Below are positions 9,391-18,500 of a DNA stretch of 50,345 bases, in pieces. The stretch comes from Actinomycetota bacterium (lineage in GTDB: Bacteria; Actinomycetota; Acidimicrobiia; IMCC26256; JACDBD01): the NCBI GenBank assembly GCA_046724435.1, contig JBKOWN010000109.1, positions 1 through 50,345 of the forward strand, written 5' to 3'. Position numbers and translations under genes: made by a program. Numbering within the stretch: the stretch's first letter is position 1; each line of letters begins with the position of its first letter. Under the pieces are notes generated by a model. The model saw nothing but the letters and a program-made list of their open reading frames with translations. It ran no database searches and had not been told where the DNA came from.

Positions 9391-11036
9391 TGCTCCGCGT
9401 CCTCGTCGAGCCGAGCCATCTCGTCGGGAGCCGAGACCCCGAGCAGCCCGAGCGCGTCGGCGAAACCGATCCGGCACGCTTCCGAGAGCCAGAGCCTTGC
9501 CTGGGTGAGCGCGTCGTCGTCGCTGATCACACGGCAGTCGCGGTAGAAGCCATGGAAGTGTTTGGCGAAGTCGCGCACCCAGGTCGTCACTCGATGAGGC
9601 GCGCGCAGCTCTGCCGCCTCCCGCACCGCCTCGGGATACAACGCGAGCGATCGCAGCAGGTCCGCCTCGCGTTCGTGCACGAGCACGGAGAGGTCGACCT
9701 CCTCCAGGGACCGGCGCGTGACGCCACGCTCGCTCGCCTTGCGGCCGATCGAAGCGATGCGCGCATGCGCGTATTGCACGTAATAGACGGGATTCTCCAT
9801 CGACTGTGACGTGACGACGTCGAGGTCGAACGTCTGCGGCGTGTCGATGCTCTGGAGCAGGAACGTCAGCCGAGCCACGTCGGGGTCGACCTCGTCGAGG
9901 ATGTCGGCGAGGGTGATGATGTTGCCGGCGCGGCGCGAGAGCCGGACGAGCTCGCCGCCGCGTTCGATCCGCACGAGCTGTCCGAGGATGATCTCCGGCT
10001 CACCGGGCGGGAACCCGAGTAACTCGAGGCCGGCTTGGAGGGACTTCACCTGGCCGTGGTGGTCGGCGCCCCAGATGTCGACGAGGTGCTGCCAGCCGCG
10101 GGCGAACTTGTCGCGATGGTACGCGAGATCCGGAAGGAGGTACGTCGGGGTCCCGTCGGTCTTGACGATCACACGATCGCGTTGGTCGCCGAGCTCGGAG
10201 GTCCGCAGCCACACCGCGCCGTCCTGCTCGTAGGTGTGCCCGCGCTCGCCGAGGATTCGCAATACCTCGGCCACGTCCCCACGCTCGTGCAGTGTGCGCT
10301 CCGAGAACCAGGTGTCGAAGCGCACGCCGATCCGCTCGAGGTCGCGCTGCACCGAGCGCACCGCGTCCCGGTAACCCCACTCCGTCGCCTGCTCGGGTGT
10401 CGCGTCGTCGCCGAGCTCGTCCCGCAAGCGGGCCGCCATGTCGACCAGGTACTCGCCCCGGTAGCCGTCTTCGGGCGGCTCCTCGCCCTGGTAGCGCGCG
10501 TACAGCGAAGCGCCGAACGTGTCGAGCTGACCGCCGGCGTCGTTCAGGTAGTACTCCCGGTGGACGATGGCGCCTTGCGCCTCGAGCAGGTTGGCCACCG
10601 CGTCGCCGACTGCCACCCACCGCGCTCCCCCGGCGTGGATGGGCCCCGTCGGGTTCAGGGACACGAACTCGAGGTTGATCCTCAGGCCGTAGAGGTCGTC
10701 GTCTTGCCCGTAAGAGTCGCCGGCGGTCACGACCTCGCGCAGGACGTCGTGGAGCCACGACGGGGAGAGGAAGATATTGAGGAACCCCGCGCCCGCCACC
10801 TCGATGTGGTCGAGGTGCGGCGGCGCCGCCGACTCCATCTCGTCCTTGATCCGGTCGGCGATGTCGCGGGGCGGGAGCTTCGCCGTCTTCGCCATCTGCA
10901 GCGCAACCGGGCTCGCCCAGTCGCCCCGCCCCTGATCCGGGTCGCCGGGCTCGAGCGCGACACCGTCCGGCGGCTCGGGAAGCCCGGCCGCGCTCAGCGC
11001 GTCAAGCAGGCTGGTGCGGAGCTGGTCACGGATCAC
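9387..11036 (-). CDS. argS: Arginine--tRNA ligase
   Basis: 549 aa. Class I aaRS with a HIGH-like NPTGPIHAGG motif and the DALR anticodon-binding C-terminus (YYVQYAHARIASI). Confidence 0.97.
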   Translation of the reverse strand: MIRDQLRTSLLDALSAAGLPEPPDGVALEPGDPDQGRGDWASPVALQMAKTAKLPPRDIADRIKDEMESAAPPHLDHIEVAGAGFLNIFLSPSWLHDVLREVVTAGDSYGQDDDLYGLRINLEFVSLNPTGPIHAGGARWVAVGDAVANLLEAQGAIVHREYYLNDAGGQLDTFGASLYARYQGEEPPEDGYRGEYLVDMAARLRDELGDDATPEQATEWGYRDAVRSVQRDLERIGVRFDTWFSERTLHERGDVAEVLRILGERGHTYEQDGAVWLRTSELGDQRDRVIVKTDGTPTYLLPDLAYHRDKFARGWQHLVDIWGADHHGQVKSLQAGLELLGFPPGEPEIILGQLVRIERGGELVRLSRRAGNIITLADILDEVDPDVARLTFLLQSIDTPQTFDLDVVTSQSMENPVYYVQYAHARIASIGRKASERGVTRRSLEEVDLSVLVHEREADLLRSLALYPEAVREAAELRAPHRVTTWVRDFAKHFHGFYRDCRVISDDDALTQARLWLSEACRIGFADALGLLGVSAPDEMARLDEDAEQ

Positions 11037-11149
11037 GAAGCGGGTCCGGCGACACGCAGTGCGTCGCCCGTTCGCGCATGGTAGTTCGCGCTTCCTGGAG
11101 AACCGGCGTAGTTCAAAGGGCCGCTTGCTAGCCTCGACTACTTACGGTT

Positions 11150-11167
11150 GCCCTCGTAGCTCAGGGG
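11150..11167 (+). repeat. 18-nt duplicate of the 5' end of tRNA-Arg (GCCCTCGTAGCTCAGGGG)
   Basis: Identical to tRNA positions 1-18 at 11264-11281. The 96 bp in between carry element copy 5. Confidence 0.85.
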
Positions 11168-11173
11168 CGCGGC

Positions 11174-11226
11174 GGCGGCGGCTTTGCCGACCGTCGCCGC
11201 AAGAGCCCGAGCTCGGCGAGGGCGAC
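11174..11226 (+). repeat. Dispersed structured intergenic element, copy 5 (most diverged, with indels)
   Basis: GGCGGCTTTGCCGACCGTCGCCGCAAGAGCCCGAGCTCGGCGAGGGCGAC. The 5' half is identical to the consensus and the 3' half is diverged. Confidence 0.7.
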
Positions 11227-11263
11227 CAGCAAAATTGGCGCGCTGGTACCGTGAACTTTCACG

Positions 11264-11338
11264 GCCCTCGTAGCTCAGGGGATAGAGCAGTGGCCTCCGG
11301 AGCCATGTGCGCAGGTTCGAATCCTGCCGAGGGCGCCA
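11264..11338 (+). tRNA. tRNA-Arg (anticodon CCG), CCA encoded
   Basis: Manual cloverleaf. Acceptor stem GCCCTCG/CGAGGGC, D stem GCTC/GAGC, anticodon stem GTGGC/GCCAT with loop CTCCGGA, T arm GCAGG-TTCGAAT-CCTGC, discriminator G plus CCA. Confidence 0.9.
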
Positions 11339-11592
11339 GCCATCCCGGGCCGGGAGCTGAGCGGAGGATCTCGATGAGCAGGATCCAGACGTTGCTCAGC
11401 GAGCCCGCGTACGCGGCGAGGATCGCAACGGGCAACCACTAAAGGCCGCCTCCCGATTCGGCAGCGAGCGTGATTCCCGCTGCGATCGGTACGCCAACGC
11501 CCCCTCCTCGGGGGGGAGTAGCTATCCCCGGCCTTCGCTTCGCCGGCGTCGTCCGCACGGCCGGGTTGGCCACCGTGCGCGAGCCTGGGCCC

Positions 11593-12483
11593 ATGACGGG
11601 ATCGACGGGATCGACCTTCACCGTTCCGGGCCGCGGCGACGTGGAGCTGTTCGTGCGGCACTGGCCCGCAACGGGCACCGTGCGTGCCGTCGTGCAAGTC
11701 TCGCACGGGCTGGGCGAGCACTCCGCCCGCTACGAGCGGCTCGCCGCCGCACTCAACGCCGCCGGGTTCGAGGTCTACGCGCACGACCACCGTGGACACG
11801 GACAGAGCGTCCGTGACGCAAGTGAGCTCGGGCACTTCGGCCCCGATGGATGGAACGCGTTGGTCGATGACCTGGTCACGGTGGGCGAGGCGATCGATGC
11901 CCGCAGGGGCGGTGCCCAGCGTGTGCTGCTCGGGCACTCGATGGGCTCGTTCGCGGCGCAGCAGTACCTGCTGGACCACAGCGCCGATATCGCGGCCGCG
12001 GTGTTGACGGGGACGTCCGCGATCGACGCGGTCTTCGGCGCGCTCGACGCGGACACCTCCCTCGATCGCATGCCCGGGAACGAGGCGTTCGAGGGGCGCA
12101 CGGACTTCGACTGGTTGAGCCGCGACCCCGACGAGGTCGACCGCTACATCGCCGACCCCGCGTGCGGCTTCAGCGCCGACGCCGACGCGCTGGCCGACAT
12201 GGCAGCGGCTGCGAAGCTACCCGTAGAGGGCGACGTGCTCCGGAGCATCCGCCCCGACCTCCCGATCCTGCTGATGTCCGGGAGCAAGGACCCGCTGAGC
12301 GGCGCCATGACACTCGTGGAGCTCGTCGCACAGCGCTACCGCGATGCCGGGGTCCGCGATGTGACCGTCATCGGCTATCAGGACGCGCGCCACGAGATCT
12401 TCAACGAGACGAACCGGGACGAAGTGACATCAGATCTCGTCGACTGGATCGCCCGCCACACCGAGTCGATCCGGCAGCGGTGA
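11593..12483 (+). CDS. Alpha/beta hydrolase, monoacylglycerol lipase/lysophospholipase-like
   Basis: Start chosen at ATG 11593 (MTGSTGSTFTVPGRG). HGLGEHSARY...HDHRGHGQS and the nucleophile elbow GHSMGS. Resembles mycobacterial Rv0183-type lipases. Confidence 0.85.
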   Translation: MTGSTGSTFTVPGRGDVELFVRHWPATGTVRAVVQVSHGLGEHSARYERLAAALNAAGFEVYAHDHRGHGQSVRDASELGHFGPDGWNALVDDLVTVGEAIDARRGGAQRVLLGHSMGSFAAQQYLLDHSADIAAAVLTGTSAIDAVFGALDADTSLDRMPGNEAFEGRTDFDWLSRDPDEVDRYIADPACGFSADADALADMAAAAKLPVEGDVLRSIRPDLPILLMSGSKDPLSGAMTLVELVAQRYRDAGVRDVTVIGYQDARHEIFNETNRDEVTSDLVDWIARHTESIRQR

Positions 12484-12692
12484 AGGCGCCGTCGTCGGTC
12501 GTACCTCTCACACGTTGCCGGCACCGTTCGCCTGCGCGGTAGCGCCGGGACACTGCCCGGTCTGCGCGGGCCGCCACGGACCCACCCCACAACACCGCGA
12601 CCGCGAGCACAGCCGCCGTGTAACGAGCGATCCGCATGTCGTCCCTGCCCGCGATGAGCGCATCCTTCCATATCCCGGCGTAGCCTGCGGCA

Positions 12693-13496
12693 ATGCCCGC
12701 ACTCGATGGCAAGGTCGCGTTGATCACGGGAGCGGCGTCGGGTATCGGCCGGGCGACCGCCGAACGACTGGCGGGAGAAGGCGCCCGCGTGGGCGTCGTC
12801 GACCTGACCGAGGACGCCGGCCGTGAGGTCGCCGAATCGGTCGGGGGTGTCTTCCATCGAGCCGACGTCGGCGAGCCGCACGAGGTCGACGCAGCGTTCG
12901 CGACCGTCGAACGCGAGCTGGGCGGCGTCGATATCGCGTTCCTCAACGCGGGCATCGCCATAGGTCACCCGCAGATCGAGACGCTCCCCGACGACCTGTA
13001 CCGGCTGATCATGCGCGTCAACGTGGACGGAGTCGTGTACGGCACGCGCGCCGCTGTCCGAGCGATGGAACGACGCGACGGCGGTGCGATCGTCGCAACC
13101 GCGTCGCTTGCAGGGCTGATCCCGTTCCCGCCCGATCCCGTCTATGACCTCAGCAAGCACGCGGTGGTCGGTTTCATCCGCAGTGTCGCCCCATCGCTCG
13201 AGGCGAAGGGCATCACGGCGAACACGGTGAACCCGGGCATGACCGACACCAAGATCATGGGCGAGGACGCCCGCCGGGCGCTGCGAGACGCCAACTTCCC
13301 TCTCATGCCGCCGAGTCAGATCGCCGAGGCCGTGCTCGGGATCGTCACGGGCGGACGAACAGGCGAGTGCTGGGTCTGTCAGCCCGGCCGGGAGCCCGAG
13401 CCGTACCGCTTCCATGACGTTCCGGGACCGCGCTCCGAGGGCGCGCAGGGTCGGGTACCGCCGGGCGTCCGCGAGGGGACACTCGACAGCGGCTGA
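12693..13496 (+). CDS. SDR family oxidoreductase
   Basis: 267 aa. MPALDGKVALITGAASGIGRATA Rossmann motif, NAG and YxxSK (YDLSKHA) catalytic motifs. Confidence 0.9.
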   Translation: MPALDGKVALITGAASGIGRATAERLAGEGARVGVVDLTEDAGREVAESVGGVFHRADVGEPHEVDAAFATVERELGGVDIAFLNAGIAIGHPQIETLPDDLYRLIMRVNVDGVVYGTRAAVRAMERRDGGAIVATASLAGLIPFPPDPVYDLSKHAVVGFIRSVAPSLEAKGITANTVNPGMTDTKIMGEDARRALRDANFPLMPPSQIAEAVLGIVTGGRTGECWVCQPGREPEPYRFHDVPGPRSEGAQGRVPPGVREGTLDSG

Positions 13497-13577
13497 TCGG
13501 CTGAACCCCTGACAGCCCCGGACGGGGCACCTTCTATCCTGGGATTCCTCCGGCCGATCCCGGAGGGAGAGGACATC

Positions 13578-14084
13578 GTGGAAGACAACCCGAGCGCGGC
13601 ACGCGAGCCCGTCCAGCCCGAAGTGGTCCAGCAGTCGCCGGCGCCCGAGGGTGACGGCGGCGACGGAAGCCAGCCCCCGCAGGAGCAGGTCACCCGCCCG
13701 ACGAAGCTCATCCGGATCGCTTCGATGGTCCGCAACATGCTCGAGGAGGTTCGCCGCGCCCCGATCGACGACGCCGGGCGCAAGGCCTTGCGCGAGATCC
13801 ACGAGCGGTCGATCCACGAGTTGGAAGGGGTGCTCTCTCCGGATCTGCGGGAGGAGCTGTGCGAGGTCGTGCTGCCGTTCAAGGACGACGCGCCGACCGA
13901 GTCCGAGGTCCGGCTCGCGCAGGCCCAGCTCGTCGGGTGGCTCGAGGGGTTGTTCCAGGGCATCCAAGCCACGTTGTTCACCCAGCAGATGGCGGCCCAG
14001 GGGCAATTCGACGAGATGCGCCGCCGCGCCATCGAGTCGGGCCAGCAACCGCCGCAGGCTCCACCGGGGAGCGGATACCTCTGA
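13578..14084 (+). CDS. bpa: Bacterial proteasome activator Bpa/PafE family (DUF2587)
   Basis: 168 aa. The core AQAQLVGWLEGLFQGIQATLFTQQMAA is closely similar to M. tuberculosis Rv3780. The C-terminus ends GSGYL, with a penultimate Tyr as in the GQYL proteasome-docking motif. GGAGGGAG SD before GTG 13578. Confidence 0.85.
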   Translation: MEDNPSAAREPVQPEVVQQSPAPEGDGGDGSQPPQEQVTRPTKLIRIASMVRNMLEEVRRAPIDDAGRKALREIHERSIHELEGVLSPDLREELCEVVLPFKDDAPTESEVRLAQAQLVGWLEGLFQGIQATLFTQQMAAQGQFDEMRRRAIESGQQPPQAPPGSGYL

Positions 14085-15466
14085 TGCAGGAACCGGTGGC
14101 GGCGTCCGACCCACCGCGGATGTTCGGCTCCTCGTGGACGCCGGACAGCTGGCGCGCGCGTCCCGCCAGCCAGCAGCTCGAATGGCCCGACGGCCCCGAG
14201 CTCGACACAGCGCGGGCGGATCTTCGCCGTCAGCCACCGCTCGTCTTCGCCGGCGAGGCTCGCCAGCTCACGGAGTCGCTGGCGGCGGTGGCCGCCGGTG
14301 ACGCGTTCCTGCTGCAAGCGGGTGACTGCGCCGAGTCGTTCGACGCGTTCTCTGCCGAAACGATTCGCGACAAGCTCAAGGTGATTCTCCAGATGGCCGT
14401 CGTGCTGACCTACGGCGCGGGCGTGCCGGCGGTGAAGGTCGGACGCATCGCCGGGCAGTTCGCCAAGCCGCGCACCGCGCCGACCGAGACCCGAGACGGC
14501 GTGGAGCTGCCTTCCTTCCGTGGCGACATGGTCAACGACTTCGCGTTCGACGCCGGCGCGCGCCGGCCCGATCCGCAGCGGATGGTGCGCAGCTACAACC
14601 AGTCGGCAGCCACGTTGAACCTGCTGCGCGCGTTCACGAAGGGCGGCTACGCCGACCTCAGCCGCGTGCACCAATGGAACCTGGAGTACGTGGCCACCAG
14701 CCGGGAGGGCCGGCGGTACGAGGCCGTCGCCCAGGAGATCGAGCGGGCGTTGCGGTTCATGGCCGCGTGCGGCATCGACCTCGCCGCCGAGATGCAGCTC
14801 CACCAGGTCGATTTCTTCACCGCGCACGAGGCGCTGGTCCTCGACTACGAGGAGGAGCTCACCCGGCGCGACAGCCTCACCGGGCGCTGGTACGACTGCT
14901 CGGCCCACCTGCTCTGGGCGGGCGAGCGCACCCGTCAACCCGGCGGCGCCCACGTCGAGTTCCTGTCCGGCGTCGAGAACCCGGTCGGCGTCAAGCTCGG
15001 ACGCGACGCCTCACCCGAGGACGTGCTGGCGCTCTGCGAGCGCCTCGACCCGTCCCGCCAGCCCGGCCGGCTCGTGCTGTACAGCCGCATGGGCGCCGAC
15101 CACGTCGAGGAGAAGCTCCCGCCGCTGCTCCGCGCGGTGCGGATGTCGGGCCACCCCGTCGTGTGGGCCTGTGACCCGATGCACGGGAACACTTTCGTGC
15201 ACGACAGCGGTTACAAGACAAGGCGCTTCGAGGACGTGATGCGCGAGCTGCGCGGCTTCTTCGCCGCCTGCGACGCCGCAGACGTGTGGCCCGGGGGCGT
15301 CCACGTCGAGCTCACGGGCGAGAACGTCACCGAGTGTCTCGGCGGCACCGAGGAAGTCCTCGGCGACCACCTCGAGCACCGCTACGAGACGATGTGCGAC
15401 CCTCGGCTGAACGCCCGCCAGTCGCTCGACCTGGCCTTCCAGGTCGCCGAGCTGGTGCGTCGCTGA
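14084..15466 (+). CDS. aroG: Class II 3-deoxy-7-phosphoheptulonate (DAHP) synthase
   Basis: Start at ATG 14084, overlapping the bpa TGA. AFLLQAGDCAESF, KPRT and the C-terminal region are typical of AroG class II (M. tuberculosis Rv2178c-like). Confidence 0.93.
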   Translation: MQEPVAASDPPRMFGSSWTPDSWRARPASQQLEWPDGPELDTARADLRRQPPLVFAGEARQLTESLAAVAAGDAFLLQAGDCAESFDAFSAETIRDKLKVILQMAVVLTYGAGVPAVKVGRIAGQFAKPRTAPTETRDGVELPSFRGDMVNDFAFDAGARRPDPQRMVRSYNQSAATLNLLRAFTKGGYADLSRVHQWNLEYVATSREGRRYEAVAQEIERALRFMAACGIDLAAEMQLHQVDFFTAHEALVLDYEEELTRRDSLTGRWYDCSAHLLWAGERTRQPGGAHVEFLSGVENPVGVKLGRDASPEDVLALCERLDPSRQPGRLVLYSRMGADHVEEKLPPLLRAVRMSGHPVVWACDPMHGNTFVHDSGYKTRRFEDVMRELRGFFAACDAADVWPGGVHVELTGENVTECLGGTEEVLGDHLEHRYETMCDPRLNARQSLDLAFQVAELVRR

Positions 15467-15515
15467 GCCACGACGGCGCCGCCGGGGACGTCAGAGTGGC
15501 GCCCCCTCGGGAGGA

Positions 15516-18500
15516 GTGATGGGAGAGAGCGAGTTCGAGGACCTCGGCCCCAACTCGGGCTTGGCCGAGGACATGCACAGCCGGTACGTCGAGGATCCGG
15601 CGTCGGTGCCCGAAGGGTGGCGCGAGTTCTTCGACCACCGCGAGGAGACGGAACCAGAGCCCCAGGCTCCCCCACGTCCCTCGCCGCCTCCGGCACCGGC
15701 GGCTCCGGCTGCGACCGCACCCGCTCCCTCGCCGCGCCCGCCGGGCGCGCAACCTGCCTCGGCCGCTCCGGCGCCTGAGACCGACGGGGCCGACCGGCCC
15801 GTCCCGATGCGCGGCGCGACGGCGCGCATCGTCGAGAACATGGAGGCTTCGCTCGCCGTCCCGACAGCCACCTCCGTGCGCACCGTCCCGGCCAAGCTGC
15901 TCGAGGTCAACCGGCAGATCCTGAACAACCATCTCGCGCGCACCGGTGGAGACAAGGTCAGCTTCACGCACCTGATCTCGTACGCGGTGCTGAAGGCGCT
16001 GGCGCGCGTTCCGGCGATGAGCTCGTCGTTCGAGATCGTCGACGGGCAACCGAACATCGTGCGCCACGAGCACGTGAACCTCGGGCTCGCGGTCGACGTC
16101 GAGAAGAGCGACGGGTCGCGCACGCTCCTCGTCCCCAACGTCAAGCAGGCCGACACCCTCGACTTCAAGACATTCCACGCCGCCTACGAGGACGCAATCG
16201 GGAAGGTGCGATCCGGCAAGCTCTCGCCCGACGATTTCGCCGGCACGACCGGGACGATCACGAACCCCGGGACGATCGGCACGATGCATTCCGTGCCCCG
16301 GCTGATGTCCGGTCAGGGCTTCATCATCGGGGTCGGCGCGATCGGCTTCCCCGCCGAGTTCGAAGGCGCCGACCAGGCGACCATCGCGCGACTCGGCGTC
16401 AGCAAGACGATCACCCTGACGAGCACGTACGACCACCGCGTCATCCAGGGTGCCGAGAGCGGTCGCTTCCTGGCCGTCGTGCATGACCTCCTTCTCGGGA
16501 GCGAGGAGTTCTACGACGACATCTTCCAGAGCTTCGCCGTCCCGTACGAGCCGGCGCGGTGGAGCGTCGACGTCAGCCCGCGGCACGCGGGCGAGCTGGG
16601 CACGGTCGCGTCGATCGACAAGGCCGTCGGGGTCCAGCAACTCATCAACATGTACCGCGTGCGCGGCCACCTCATCGCGAACCTGGACCCACTGGGCGCC
16701 AAGGAGCCGCAGACACATCCCGAGCTCGACATCAATCACTACGACCTGACGATCTGGGACCTCGACCGCGAGTTTCCGACGGGCGGCCTCGCCGGTCGGC
16801 CCACGATGAAGCTGCGCGACATCCTCGGCGTCCTCCGGGACGCGTACGCGCGCACGATCGGCGTCGAGTACATGCACATCCAGGAACCCGACCAGAAGGC
16901 CTGGATCCAGGAGCACGTCGAAGGGGTGAGCTGGGAGCCGAGCCGCGAGGAGAAGGGCCGGATCCTGGAGCGCCTCGTCGCCGCCGAGGCATTCGAGCGC
17001 TTCCTCCACACGAAGTACCTGGGCCACAAGCGGTACAGCCTCGAGGGCGCCGAGAGCACGATCCCGATGCTCGACGCCCTGCTGTCGGCCGCGGCCGATG
17101 ACGCCGTCGAAGAGGCCATTCTCGGAATGCCGCACCGAGGACGGCTCAACGTCCTCACGAACGTCGTGGGCAAGTCGTACGCGCAGATCTTCCTCGAGTT
17201 CGAGGGTGCGCTCGATCCGCTCTCTGCGCAGGGATCAGGGGACGTCAGGTACCACGTCGGCGCGACCGGCAAGCACGCGTCGCCTGAGGGCAACGAGGTC
17301 GTCGTCGCGCTGGCATCGAACCCGAGTCACCTCGAAGCCGTCGATCCCGTCGTCGAGGGCATGGCGCGCGCCGAAGAGGATCAGAAGGGCGACCAGGAGC
17401 GCAGGAAGATCTTGCCGGTGCTGCTCCACGGCGACGCCGCGTTTGCGGGGCAGGGCGTCGTGGCCGAGACGCTCAACCTGTCCGAGGTGCCCGGATACGA
17501 CGTCGGCGGCACCGTGCACCTCGTCGTCAACAACCAGCTCGGGTTCACGACCGCGCCGGAGATCGGCCGGTCGGCCGTGTACGCGACCGACATCGCCAAG
17601 ATGGTGCAAGCACCGATCTTCCACGTCAACGGCGACGACCCCGAAGCGTGCGTCCGGGTGATGCGGCTCGCGTTCGCGTTCCGACAGAGGTTCCGCAAGG
17701 ACGTCGTCGTCGACATGATCTGCTACCGGCGGTATGGCCACAACGAGGCCGACGAGCCCGCGTTCACGCAGCCGCGCATGTACGAGCTCATCGAGGCCCA
17801 CCCGTCGCCACGCACCCGGTACACCGAGACGCTGGTGCGCCAGGGTGACATGACCGCCGACGAAGCACGGGGCGTCGGCGAGGACTTCCGGGCCCGACTC
17901 GACGCCGCGTTCAGCGAGACGCACCAGAGCGCGCCCCCCGACCCGAGCCAGGCCGCGACCCCGGACGCGCCGAGCGAGCCTCGGTTGCCGGCGCCGCAGC
18001 CCGATCCGTCGGTGCGCGTTGCCACCAACGTCGAGCGCTGGACCCTCGAGCGCGTCGTCGACGGGCTGATGGCACGCCCCGAGGGCTTCACGGTGCATCC
18101 GAAGCTCGAGCGCATCCTTCAGGCCCACCGCGTCGCGTTCGAGAAGGGCGAGGTGGACTGGTCCCTCGCCGAGACTTTCGCGTTCGGGTCGTTGCTCCTC
18201 CAGGGAACGCCCGTCCGCCTGGCGGGGCAGGACACCCGGCGCGGCACGTTCAGCCAGCGGCATGGAGTGCTCGTCGATCAACGCACCGAAGCGGAGTACT
18301 TCCCGCTCGGGCACCTGGCCCCGGATCAGGCCCCGTTCATGCTGTACGACTCGGTGCTGTCGGAGTTCGCAGCCCTGGGCTTCGAGTACGGATACTCGGT
18401 GGAGTATCCGGAAGCGCTCGTCCTGTGGGAAGCGCAGTTCGGCGACTTCTTCAACGGCGCCCAGGTCATCATCGACCAGTTCGTTGCGGCCGCCGAGGAC

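Noticed and set aside
11037-11149. A possible T-box or other leader RNA upstream of argS.
   Set aside because: I could not find a specifier-loop/T-box sequence (AGGGUGGNACCGCG-like) or a terminator/antiterminator pair. The region is short and also serves the divergent tRNA locus.
12378-14237. Very long ORFs on the strand opposite clear genes. Examples are 12378..14237(-), 13379..14953(-), 15327..17135(-), 17235..19133(-), 7573..9546(+), 10035..11084(+) and 41855..42850(-).
   Set aside because: These are typical shadow ORFs of a genome at about 70% GC. They are Arg/Pro/Gly/Ala-rich with no recognisable motifs, and each is fully antisense to a gene with strong family signatures.
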